Below are positions 19,022 through 28,187 of a stretch of DNA of 64,000 nucleotides, in pieces. Both the position numbers and the translations under genes were made by a program. Numbering within the stretch: the stretch's first letter is position 1; every line of letters starts with the position of its first letter. Source of the stretch: an uncultured Granulosicoccaceae bacterium (GTDB taxonomy: Bacteria > Pseudomonadota > Gammaproteobacteria > Granulosicoccales > Granulosicoccaceae). The stretch spans positions 9,737 to 73,736 of the forward strand of contig CALGKA010000036.1 of NCBI GenBank assembly GCA_937927895.1, read 5' to 3'. The notes beneath the pieces were generated by a model. It did no database searches and was not told where the DNA came from. It saw only the letters and a list, made by a program, of their open reading frames with translations.

Positions 19022-20380
19022 CTACAACAACCATAAAGTCGCCAACCCTAAGAAGGCCAACAATCCCACGACATCAGTAACCGTGGTCAGTAATACACCA
19101 CCTGCAACAGCTGGGTCTATGTCTAAACGTTTTAGAGTTATTGGTATCAGAACACCTGCCAGGGCGGCTACTGACATGTTTACGATTAGGGCGAAGGCGA
19201 TGACTATTCCTACGCGGCCGTCGCCAAACCATAGGAACGCTATCAGGGCGACCACTAGTGACCATACTAATCCGTTCAGTAAGCCTACTATGGCTTCTTT
19301 GGTTAGTATCCAGCGTGTGTTGCCTCGGCCGACCTGGCCTAGTGCCTGGCCGCGAATCATTAGAGTTAGAGTTTGTGAGCCTGCTATGCCGCCCATGCTG
19401 GGTACTATGCTCATAAGAATAGCAAGGGTGACTATTTGATCCAGGGTGTCTGCGAATTGACTGGCTACCCATGAAGCCAAAAAGGCGGTGGCTAAATTTA
19501 ACCCTAACCATACGTTGCGGCGTCGCATGCTGCGTACTACAGGTGCAAAGAAGTCGTCTTCTTGTCGCAGGCCTGCCATGTTCATCATGGTTTGTTCGGC
19601 GTCTTCTCTTATAACGTCAACAACATCATCTATGGTGATTCTTCCCAACAAGCGATTGTTGTCGTCTACTACCGGGGCTGAGATGAGGTCGTGATCTTCA
19701 AAGAGTCTGGCTACATCGGCATCGTTGGTCGCTACATTGATAACATCAACATCGGTACGCATAACAGACGCGACGCTAACCTCTGGGTCATTGGTCAGGA
19801 GTCGCCTTATGGGTAGTACGCCTTTATAAAAGCCGAAGCGATCAACAATTATTATTCTATCGGTGTGTCTGGGTATCTGACCTTTTTGGCGCAGGAATCT
19901 CAGTACTACATCCAGGGTGACATTAGAACGCACAGTGACAGCGTCTAAGTCCATGAGGCCGCCTGCGCTATCTTCCGGGTATGACAGTACTGATTCCAGT
20001 CGATCACGATACTGCTTGTTCATACTCTGCAGTACTTCGTCGGTGACTTTGTTGGGCAGTGATTGCACAAAGTCTGCGAGATCATCGATGTCTAAGTTCT
20101 CGCTGATCGCTACTAGTTCTGCGGTTTCCAGATCTTCGATCAGGGATTCACGAACTTCATCCCCGACTTCCAGTAAGACATCGCCCTCGTCTTTTAGCTC
20201 TATGTAGTCCCACAAGATCTTGCGCTGCGAGCGTGGTAATGATTCTAGTAAATCTGCAACTTCTGCCGGTGGTAGCGCATGGATTAGGTTGCGTGCAGAC
20301 TGGACGCTACCGCTGTCCATAATCTCTGCAATGGCCCTTTGTCTGTCTTCGTCCGTGCTAACGCTGCTGGAATCTGGCAT
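19022..20380 (-). CDS. mgtE: Magnesium transporter MgtE
   Basis: 452 aa with an N-domain, tandem CBS domains and a C-terminal 5-TM domain (VDVIREDAEQTMMNMAG..., GGIAGSQT, LLTTVTDVVGLLAFLGLA). Confidence 0.93.
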   Translation of the reverse strand: MPDSSSVSTDEDRQRAIAEIMDSGSVQSARNLIHALPPAEVADLLESLPRSQRKILWDYIELKDEGDVLLEVGDEVRESLIEDLETAELVAISENLDIDDLADFVQSLPNKVTDEVLQSMNKQYRDRLESVLSYPEDSAGGLMDLDAVTVRSNVTLDVVLRFLRQKGQIPRHTDRIIIVDRFGFYKGVLPIRRLLTNDPEVSVASVMRTDVDVINVATNDADVARLFEDHDLISAPVVDDNNRLLGRITIDDVVDVIREDAEQTMMNMAGLRQEDDFFAPVVRSMRRRNVWLGLNLATAFLASWVASQFADTLDQIVTLAILMSIVPSMGGIAGSQTLTLMIRGQALGQVGRGNTRWILTKEAIVGLLNGLVWSLVVALIAFLWFGDGRVGIVIAFALIVNMSVAALAGVLIPITLKRLDIDPAVAGGVLLTTVTDVVGLLAFLGLATLWLL

Positions 20381-20582
20381 GGCAATTTTCTTTTTTAAGC
20401 TTTGATTTGCACAACTTACTGTGAAGGTCGGCAGTACAGCGCACTGTAAGTGATGGATAGAACAGATTTTTACAGCGCCGCCAGAAAGGTGAAAGTTCGG
20501 CAGCTATAGTGTTAGTGGCGTTCGTATGTTCAAGCTGTAGCTAAAGGTAACCCGCGCCCCGACGCGCGTAAAGTCAACTCCG

Positions 20583-22316
20583 TTACGAGTTGATTTTATC
20601 TAACATAGTGGTCTGCTTGGTCTTTTCGGAGTAGTGCAGAAAGCCAAGTGCCGGACGGCGCACAGCAGACAAGCGGGTCTGGCGCAGTACGTTTTTGATT
20701 TCCAAAATAGAATTGGGAGGCATGCTAAATTCCCGCAAACCAAGCCCTAGTAAGACTCTGGTATAGCTTGGGTTGCCTGCCATTTCGCCACACATAGTCA
20801 CAGGGATTTTATGCTTATTGCCTGCATCGATAATCATTTTTATTAGTGATAACACGGCAGGGTTTAGTGGGTCATAAAGATAGTTAACTTGATCATCAAT
20901 ACGATCGATCGCCAATGTGTACTGGATCAAGTCATTGGTACCAATAGACAAAAAATCTAAGTGCTCGGCAAAGTGCGATGCTGAAATTGCTGCAGCTGGC
21001 ACTTCAATCATGCCACCTACCGGGATCTTTTCATCAAACTTTATACCTTTGGAGCGCAGGGCCTCTTTAGTGGTTTCCAATAATTGCTTAGCCTGTAATA
21101 ACTCAGAGACTGTAGTAAGCATTGGAAACATAATTTTGATTGGCCCTTTTGCAGACGCGCGTAATATGGCTCTGAGTTGCGGCACTATAAGCGCTGGATC
21201 GTGAAGGCATAAACGTATGCCGCGTAAACCCATGGCCGGGTTGTGTGCTAGTGGTCCTAGAGTGACCGCATCAATTTCTTTATCTGCACCTAGATCTACC
21301 GTTCGAATAGTAAGTGGTGCGCCGCGTAGCGCACGTATAACTCGTACATAAGTTTTATAGTGTTCTTCTTCGTTGGGTATTTTGTTCTCTTGCAGGTAGA
21401 GAAACTCTGTGCGGTATAGGCCAACGCCTGCAGCGTTTATTTTACGCAGGTGTTTTAGATCGTCTTCGACTTCAATATTCGCCAGTAACGTTATATTCTC
21501 GCCGCTTTTAGCGCGAGACTTTGCATCATTGAGTTTGCGCAGTTCTTTAGTCTTGCGCCGCATGGCTCTTTGGCGCTTATGAAAGTGATCAATTGATAGA
21601 TCATCGGGTTCGGCTAGTACTAAGCCGCTTGAGCCATCTATAACGAGTGATTCACCACGATTTAAATACAAGCGTGCGTCACTTAAACCGACAATGGCCG
21701 GTATATTGAGACTGCGAGCAAGAATAGCCGTGTGGGACAACGGGCCTCCCATTTCAGTTACAAACCCCGCTACTCCTGCGTGTTGCATGATCATGGTGTC
21801 TGCAGGGGTTAGATCGTCGGCAATAACAATTCGGTCTTTCCACTTTTCAGAAGCATCTACGCTTTGAGATTTACCGCCAGTGACCAACGCTTCCATTATG
21901 TGATTAAAGACGTGCTTTACATCGTCCTGGCGTGTTGCGATGTATGGGTCATCCATGCTTTGAAACACTTTTACAATGGCATCGGTTTGCAGTTTTAAAG
22001 CCCACTCTGCATTACATTGATTTTGTTTGATTATTTCAATAGGTGACGATGACATCATGGTGTCGTCGAGCATTAGCAGGTGAGTTTCGATAAAGGTGCT
22101 GATGTCATCAGGTGATTCTGATGGGATATCTTTGCCTATTTTTTGTAGTTGTTTTTTAGCTGTACGATGTGCCGTTTTAAAACGCTTAACTTCTTTGGCA
22201 ATGTTTTTCTTGTCGATTTTTTGTTCGACAATTTCATGTTGATTGCGGTGTAGTATGTAGACAGGCCCAATGGCGATGCCACGTGATACACCCATGCCAT
22301 TGAGTAGTAGTGCCAT
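20583..22316 (-). CDS. ptsP: Phosphoenolpyruvate-protein phosphotransferase (PTS enzyme I, no GAF domain)
   Basis: 577 aa. GGPLSHTAILARSLNIPAIVG (phospho-His region), LYRTEFLY and IGTNDLIQYTLA motifs. The ATG shares one base with the upstream HPr-like stop (TAATG). Confidence 0.9.
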   Translation of the reverse strand: MALLLNGMGVSRGIAIGPVYILHRNQHEIVEQKIDKKNIAKEVKRFKTAHRTAKKQLQKIGKDIPSESPDDISTFIETHLLMLDDTMMSSSPIEIIKQNQCNAEWALKLQTDAIVKVFQSMDDPYIATRQDDVKHVFNHIMEALVTGGKSQSVDASEKWKDRIVIADDLTPADTMIMQHAGVAGFVTEMGGPLSHTAILARSLNIPAIVGLSDARLYLNRGESLVIDGSSGLVLAEPDDLSIDHFHKRQRAMRRKTKELRKLNDAKSRAKSGENITLLANIEVEDDLKHLRKINAAGVGLYRTEFLYLQENKIPNEEEHYKTYVRVIRALRGAPLTIRTVDLGADKEIDAVTLGPLAHNPAMGLRGIRLCLHDPALIVPQLRAILRASAKGPIKIMFPMLTTVSELLQAKQLLETTKEALRSKGIKFDEKIPVGGMIEVPAAAISASHFAEHLDFLSIGTNDLIQYTLAIDRIDDQVNYLYDPLNPAVLSLIKMIIDAGNKHKIPVTMCGEMAGNPSYTRVLLGLGLREFSMPPNSILEIKNVLRQTRLSAVRRPALGFLHYSEKTKQTTMLDKINS

Positions 22317-22585
22317 TATTCGTCTTCACCGAATTTATCGCTGATCAAATCGATAACAGCCTTCATAGCGTCTTTCTGGTCTGTGCCTTCAATATAAAGC
22401 TTGACCAGATTACCGCGACTGGCTGCAAGCATCATGACACTCATAATGCTTTTGGCGTTGACCCGCTGATCTTGTTTTTCAATTTCGATCGAGCTTTCAA
22501 AGCTGCTGGCGATTTTCACAAGCTTGGCCGCTGCACGAGCGTGCAGCCCTAGCTTGTTAATAATTTCGATCTCTTGTTCTAGCAC
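22316..22585 (-). CDS. ptsO: HPr-family phosphocarrier protein (NPr-like)
   Basis: The ORF track extends to 22726 and would overlap rapZ by 50 nt. The in-frame GTG at 22585 gives an 89-aa HPr-sized protein starting VLEQEIEIINKLGLHARAAAKLV (active-site His in GLHAR). Confidence 0.85.
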   Translation of the reverse strand: MLEQEIEIINKLGLHARAAAKLVKIASSFESSIEIEKQDQRVNAKSIMSVMMLAASRGNLVKLYIEGTDQKDAMKAVIDLISDKFGEDE

Positions 22586-22676
22586 GGTAGATTCTAGCTT
22601 TTCTCGTTTAAGGATTTTCTTAAAAGGGTTTTTCCCTAAGATAGTGCTAATGATAGTTCGTGCAAGCGTTTTTAGC

Positions 22677-23543
22677 TTACATTTCAGTGTCTGAAATTTC
22701 CCGATGTTTGACTGATATTTGGTCAATCTTACTTTTTATTTTCTCTTGTACTTTCTCAACCACATAGACCGAGCGATGTCTGCCGCCAGTGCAACCAACC
22801 GATACTGTCAGGTAGGCTCGATTCTCAGCTTCAAAGATCGGGGTCCAGTTGACAAAAAAGTTACTAATATCGTCCACCATGCGATTAACCGGATCGTGCT
22901 GTTCAAGAAACTCTGCCACAGGTGCATCGCGACCTGTTAATGGTCTTAGTGGGGAGGACCAATAAGGGTTCGGTAAGCAGCGCACATCGAACATGAAATC
23001 GGTGCCATATGGTGGCCCATGTTTGAAGCCGAAGGATTGCAATAATACATTGACCGGTGATCGATTAAGACCGATCACGCGCTTTCTTATGACTTCACGC
23101 AGTTGGTGTAAGTTTAAATTGGTGGTGTCTATGCGTACGTCGGCGCTTTGTTCAACGCTTGCTAGCATGGCGCGTTCTGCGGTGAGTGCGGCATCAAGTG
23201 GAGCCCCCGATTGCGATAGCGGGTGCTTACGCCTTGTTTCGCTGAAACGCGTGACCAGGGTGTCGTCCTGGGCATCCAAAAAAACGACATTGGTTTCAAC
23301 CCCGAGTGAGCTAACAAGAGAAAGTGTTGAGTGAAACTGGCTGAGTAAGTCTACTTCTCCACGAGCATCAATCCCTACCGCAACGTTTTCATAGGCCGAT
23401 GAGTCTTGCGACATTTTTTTCGCCAGATCAATGAGCATACTGTTCGGCAGGTTGTCGATACAGTAAAAGCCTTCATCTTCCAGCGTGTGTAGCGCGACAC
23501 TTTTTCCGGCCCCGGATAGGCCGCTAATAATAGTTAATTGCAT
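22677..23543 (-). CDS. rapZ: RNase adapter protein RapZ (YhbJ)
   Basis: MQLTIISGLSGAGKSVALHTLEDEGFYCIDNLP (Walker A) and the C-terminal CTGGRHRSV motif. Confidence 0.93.
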   Translation of the reverse strand: MQLTIISGLSGAGKSVALHTLEDEGFYCIDNLPNSMLIDLAKKMSQDSSAYENVAVGIDARGEVDLLSQFHSTLSLVSSLGVETNVVFLDAQDDTLVTRFSETRRKHPLSQSGAPLDAALTAERAMLASVEQSADVRIDTTNLNLHQLREVIRKRVIGLNRSPVNVLLQSFGFKHGPPYGTDFMFDVRCLPNPYWSSPLRPLTGRDAPVAEFLEQHDPVNRMVDDISNFFVNWTPIFEAENRAYLTVSVGCTGGRHRSVYVVEKVQEKIKSKIDQISVKHREISDTEM

Positions 23544-23658
23544 TCAACGCCTTCCATCAGGCTGAGTGTTGGATAACATAATGTTTCTGTTGCGATCAAA
23601 GTATACAGCTTGTGCAAATGTGTGCATTGCACGATAGCGAACGTTGTAGGAGAGGTTT

Positions 23659-24222
23659 TTAGTTGTTGTCTTTGCGTTTCGAGGCAGCATCTGTGTTAGC
23701 GCTGGCAGCATCAGGCTCGCCGTTGCTATCACTTTGATCGTCAGGTTGTTCTATATTTTGTAAGAACTCGAGTATTTCCTCGGCACTGTGCGTTTGTCGC
23801 ATAGCGTCGCGGTTTTCAGCGCTGTTGAAGAATTTTGCCAGGCTTGCCAGAATTCGCAGATGCCCGTCGATTTCTGCTTCTGGAATCAGTAGGCCAACCA
23901 CTATGTCTACGGGGATTCCGTCAGCTGCGTCAAAATTGATTGGCTCGCTCAGGGTGATCGCGGCTGCTATGGGTTTGCTAACAAAATCTACCCGCCCGTG
24001 TGGAATCGCAACCCCGTGCCCAAGGCCGGTGCAGCCAAGGCGCTCGCGGGCGGCAAGGGCGTCAATAACTTCCATATCGACGCTCTCATCTAGCTGATGC
24101 TCGTCAATACTGCCTTCCATGAGTTCGGCAAGCATTTGTAAGCATTTCTTTTTGCTGCTCAGCGATGCTCTACAAGAAACGCGAGAAATATCAAAGAGAT
24201 CTGTTTCTGATCTTGAATTCAT
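23659..24222 (-). CDS. ptsN: PTS IIA-Ntr (nitrogen regulatory protein PtsN) with an acidic C-terminal extension
   Basis: The ORF track runs to 24516, but PtsN homology begins at MNSRSETDLFDISRV...SKKKCLQMLAEL (ATG 24222). Phospho-His motif GHGVAIPHGR. The roughly 35-aa tail after QNIEQ is low-complexity. Confidence 0.88.
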   Translation of the reverse strand: MNSRSETDLFDISRVSCRASLSSKKKCLQMLAELMEGSIDEHQLDESVDMEVIDALAARERLGCTGLGHGVAIPHGRVDFVSKPIAAAITLSEPINFDAADGIPVDIVVGLLIPEAEIDGHLRILASLAKFFNSAENRDAMRQTHSAEEILEFLQNIEQPDDQSDSNGEPDAASANTDAASKRKDNN

Positions 24223-24480
24223 TAAATAATGGCTGGGATTGTGGGTTGGGGGGATTTCTTGAATTTGATGGATATCATCCGTGTCGGATGCCTTGGCTAG
24301 TATATAGCACATGTTCAGCGGGACATGATTGTGCATCAAGCGTGGATTTTTGACTAGTCGAAATTGCTCTGTTGAGGGAATTGAGCGGGGATAGATTGTT
24401 GATCCAGACAATAGAAAGCGGCGCTGCTCGTAATTTGCTTCTTTTGACAACCACGAACAGCTCTCGGTAGTAATGGATCT

Positions 24481-24514
24481 GGTAATCAGCAACTGCAGAC
24501 AGTTGCTGATTACC
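24481..24514 (-). other. Perfect 15-bp stem-loop 15 nt downstream of the hpf stop
   Basis: ggtaatcagcaactg - caga - cagttgctgattacc. There is no U-tract on either strand. Confidence 0.85.
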
Positions 24515-24529
24515 AAGTGAGCCTAGATT

Positions 24530-24895
24530 TTATTCTTCCCCGGATTCTGCTGCCGATTCCGAGTTGAGTTGATCTGCCTCAAATTGAATTTTCTCTTTGT
24601 CTTTTCGATGGTGATCTTTAATTTTTTCTTTGTGCTTTATGAGTTGCCTGTCGAGCTTGTCGGTCAGAAGGTCAATGGCTGCATACATATCTTCTTCGGT
24701 GGTGTCTGCAAATAGTTGCGATCCTTTTACGTTTACCGTGGCTTCTGCTTTATTTCTTAATTTCTCGACACTTAAAATTACGTGTACGTCTTGAACGTTA
24801 TCAGAGTGCCTTTCCAGACGATCCAATTTTGTTATGACATATTGACGCAGAGAGTCTGTAACGTCGAGATGATGACCGGTTAACGTTAAGTTCAT
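24530..24895 (-). CDS. hpf: Ribosome hibernation promoting factor
   Basis: MNLTLTGHHLDVTDSLRQYV...DMYAAIDLLTDKLDRQLIKHKEK. ATG 24895 is preferred over the 15-codon upstream extension. Confidence 0.92.
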   Translation of the reverse strand: MNLTLTGHHLDVTDSLRQYVITKLDRLERHSDNVQDVHVILSVEKLRNKAEATVNVKGSQLFADTTEEDMYAAIDLLTDKLDRQLIKHKEKIKDHHRKDKEKIQFEADQLNSESAAESGEE

Positions 24896-25438
24896 TCGCT
24901 TTTCTCCTGTAAAGATTGTATGTCTGATATATAGGCGCAACCGTGCATAACAATAGCGGCGAGATGCGTTTATAGGTCAGTTGATTTTTTAGGTTAAGGA
25001 AAGAAAGGTGAGTCTTTGTTCTTTTACAACTACATGTATTGCGCTCAGAAAGAGGGTGGGCACGCAATATAGCCTGCGATGTTAGAAAGGAATTCGCGGG
25101 CGCAACAAGCAACTTACTTGCCATTAGACTTAGTTTAAAAAATGGCAATGCTTGTGTTGATGTTGCTTGTATTGATTTAGAAAGTGGAAAAAGGGATTTA
25201 ATGTGCCCTTTTAAAGAGCTTGATGTAATGCATGCAGTGATTGCCACTACACGTGCTGGTAATAAACTAAAGTTACCATTGATTGTTGGGTTATAAGCGA
25301 TGGGATTGTCCCGTCATGATTTAACCTTTTACTATCAAGCCTGCCTTAGTTATAGCAAGAAACACTGGGTGTTGTCGCCTACTTTGCGACTTTTTTTAAA
25401 CACGTCTTGTGTGTCCCAGCGGTTCCTCACAGAATGTA

Positions 25439-26989
25439 TTAATTCAAGCGTTTTCTTTCATTAGATGGCGGTATTGACATTGACTCTCTGTACTTCGCTA
25501 CTGTTCTACGCGCGACTTGTATGCCAGACGCGACTAGCGTGCTGGCAATTTTATTATCGCTCAACGGCTTGCCTGGATCTTCTTTGGCGATAAACTTTCT
25601 AATCATTGCGCGAATTGCGGTGGCTGAACATTCCCCGCCATCAGAGGTGGAAACGTGGCTTGAAAAGAAGTATTTAAATTCAAAGATGCCACGTGGTGTA
25701 TGGATATATTTTTGCGTGGTAACTCGTGAAATTGTTGATTCGTGTAGTTCAAGATGCTCTGCGATATCACGTAGAACTAACGGACGCATTGCCTCATCAC
25801 CGTACTCTAAGAATCCGCGTTGACGTTCAACTATAGCGGTGCCTACGCGTAACAGTGTTTCATTTCGGCTTTGTAGGCTTTTAATAAACCAACGTGCTTC
25901 TTGTAGTTGGTTGCGCATGTAGTTGTTGTCGTCGCTTTTATCAGCACGCTTAACGAGTCCTGCATACATAGAGTTTACTGCTAAGCGTGGGGCGATATCC
26001 GGGTTTAGTTCAACACGCCAAACTCCTTTTATTTTCTTCACAAATACATCTGGCACAATATACTGTGGGTCTTTTGATACGACTTGTGATCCAGGGCGCG
26101 GAGTTAAGCTCTGAATAGTTTGAATAGAGTTTTGCAGCTGTGCGTCGTTAATTTTTAACTGGCGTTTAATTTTTGCAAAGTCACGTGAAGCAAGCATTTG
26201 TAGGTGCTCACCAATAAGTTGTTTGCACACCTCTACGTGTGGTGTTGATTCCATCTCTCTCAGTTGAACCAACATACATTCTCGAGTATCACGTGAACCA
26301 CAGCCAATAGGGTCGAGCTGTTGGATCAGGGTAAGAATGGCTTCTACTTCTTCTTCTTCACAGAATTCTTCAGGGTTATCAAAGTTTGCGTTAACCGCTT
26401 CTATGATCTCACTGATTTCATCTTCGAGGTAACCGTTATCGTCTATACAGTTGATGACGGTGGCGGCAATTATTTGATCGGTCTCAGACAAAGTACGCAA
26501 GCGTAGCTGATCCATCAAATGATCTTGTAAGTTGCCGGTACCGGCACTTGTGTATTCAGTGAAGTCGCGTTGGTTTTCATCACCCGATTGCGAACCAGTC
26601 GAACCATAAGCAGGTTCGTAGATATCTTCCCATGCACTATCTACCGGGAGTTCGTCAGGGATATCTGGTGTGGCCTCGCTTAACTCAACAGTAGATGTGA
26701 TGTCTTCCAGTTGGTCGAGGTTCTCGTGTCTTTGTTCATCGTCAATGTCTTTTGATTTTTCTTGTTCTTGTTCTTTTGCTTCGCGATCGTTGTCGCTGCG
26801 CATCTTTGCATCTTTATCAGGGGAATCGTCTCCGTCTTCCTGCACTTCTAACATTGGATTGCTTTCTAATGCTTCTTGTATTTCAGATTGCAGTTCTAAG
26901 GTAGAGAGTTGCAACAATTTAATAGCTTGTTGCAGCTGCGGAGTCATGGCCAGCTGGTGGCCCATTTTCATTTGTAGAGATTGCTTCAT
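25439..26989 (-). CDS. rpoN: RNA polymerase sigma-54 factor
   Basis: MKQSLQMKMGHQLAMTPQLQQAIKLLQLSTLEL at the N-terminus, an acidic region II, and the C-terminal RpoN box ARRTVAKYRE. Confidence 0.96.
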   Translation of the reverse strand: MKQSLQMKMGHQLAMTPQLQQAIKLLQLSTLELQSEIQEALESNPMLEVQEDGDDSPDKDAKMRSDNDREAKEQEQEKSKDIDDEQRHENLDQLEDITSTVELSEATPDIPDELPVDSAWEDIYEPAYGSTGSQSGDENQRDFTEYTSAGTGNLQDHLMDQLRLRTLSETDQIIAATVINCIDDNGYLEDEISEIIEAVNANFDNPEEFCEEEEVEAILTLIQQLDPIGCGSRDTRECMLVQLREMESTPHVEVCKQLIGEHLQMLASRDFAKIKRQLKINDAQLQNSIQTIQSLTPRPGSQVVSKDPQYIVPDVFVKKIKGVWRVELNPDIAPRLAVNSMYAGLVKRADKSDDNNYMRNQLQEARWFIKSLQSRNETLLRVGTAIVERQRGFLEYGDEAMRPLVLRDIAEHLELHESTISRVTTQKYIHTPRGIFEFKYFFSSHVSTSDGGECSATAIRAMIRKFIAKEDPGKPLSDNKIASTLVASGIQVARRTVAKYRESMSIPPSNERKRLN

Positions 26990-27385
26990 ACTGTGCGCTG
27001 TACCATTGTTATATCAGACGCTCAACAGGGTTTGTACTTCAAGCCTTGTTTAAGTGTTTGGCATCCTCGTAGAACACTGCGGAGTGTCCTTTTAGCCAAA
27101 CGTGTCTGTATTATTGTTTACTCTTTGCCGCAACCGCTGTGCATAAGTTTGTCCAGCAGTTGTTGCGTACAGATAAAGTATGGTTCAAAAGTGGTTAACC
27201 GCAATGTCAATTCACCATTATTTATGTACGGTGAACAAAGTCTCGTTACAGTGGCGTAAATGGAGAGATTGTTGCTAACGGCGCTACGAGTGTCATAGCA
27301 ATGACTATGAGCGTCAGCGGTGGTTGATCCGGGGGTTGTTGGTAGAGTTAAAATGATAGAAAGCATCGCCCTAAGGTGGCACTTC

Positions 27386-28111
27386 CTACATGGTAAAATC
27401 TTCCCCAAGATAGACTTCTTTCACCTGCTGATTTTGCAGAATGTCATCGGCTGTGCCTTCAGCAATTAGCCCCCCATCACTTAGGATATAGGCACGATCA
27501 CAGATTCCCAAGGTCTCGCGAACATTATGATCGGTTATTAATACTCCGATCCCGCGTTGTTGCAAGTGGCTGATTATACGTTGGATATCGATAACGGAAA
27601 TAGGGTCGACGCCCGCAAAGGGTTCATCGAGAAGAATAAACACCGGGTTTGCAGCCAGTGCTCTTGCGATCTCGACACGGCGCCGCTCACCACCTGACAG
27701 GCTCATTCCAAGGCTGTCTCTAATGTGAGTTATCTGCAGTTCGCTGAGTAAGTTTTCAACGGTATCGCGGTAGTCTCTTTTGTGTAGATCGGGTCGGTAT
27801 TGAAGGATAGCGACAATATTTTCTTCGACGGTCAGCTTTCTGAATACTGACGCTTCTTGCGGCAGATAACCGACACCGAGCCGCGCGCGGACATGCATTG
27901 GGTGATGGGTGATGTCGCGGCCATCTAATAAAATTCTTCCGGCATCAGGCTTCACCAGGCCGACTACCATGTAAAAGCAGGTGGTTTTGCCGGCTCCGTT
28001 TGGGCCGAGCAGTCCTACCACTTCACCTTGATTGATGCTCATGGTGACGCCATTAAGCACGCTGCGCTTGTTGTAGGATTTTTTTAGATCTTCTGCTACC
28101 AGGGTGGCCAT
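27386..28111 (-). CDS. lptB: LPS export ABC transporter ATP-binding protein
   Basis: [12 protein letters not shown] (Walker A), [15 protein letters not shown] (signature), ILLDEPFAG (Walker B). Position follows lptCA. Confidence 0.95.
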   Translation of the reverse strand: MATLVAEDLKKSYNKRSVLNGVTMSINQGEVVGLLGPNGAGKTTCFYMVVGLVKPDAGRILLDGRDITHHPMHVRARLGVGYLPQEASVFRKLTVEENIVAILQYRPDLHKRDYRDTVENLLSELQITHIRDSLGMSLSGGERRRVEIARALAANPVFILLDEPFAGVDPISVIDIQRIISHLQQRGIGVLITDHNVRETLGICDRAYILSDGGLIAEGTADDILQNQQVKEVYLGEDFTM

Positions 28112-28187
28112 ATCAATGTCTTAGCTTTTAACTTACTTGCGTTCAGCTGGCGGTGCCAGCTCGTGGGGTCGTCAAAGTGGCGATCAA

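Noticed and set aside
18689-19080. Four overlapping small ORFs (69-81 aa) on both strands between nrdJ and mgtE, including one with KPSQA repeats
   Set aside because: They are low-complexity translations of the G/T-rich repeat tract. They are mutually overlapping, have no RBS and are generated by the pentanucleotide repeat.
23659-24516. Long N-terminal extensions in the ORF track for ptsN (to 24516), hpf (to 24940), the HPr-like gene (to 22726) and others (folD, petA, rsmI, DAHP synthase)
   Set aside because: Homology to the respective families begins at internal start codons. The extensions have odd composition or would create long gene overlaps. The shorter models were adopted.
25039-25296. 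85-aa plus-strand ORF in the rpoN-hpf spacer as a confident CDS
   Set aside because: It has a TTG start without an SD, several rare AGA/AGG codons, is Cys-rich and has no recognisable family. It is kept only as part of a finding, not as a feature.
27118-27408. 96-aa minus-strand ORF in the lptB-rpoN spacer
   Set aside because: It overlaps the lptB 3' end and has no RBS, no family resemblance and atypical composition.
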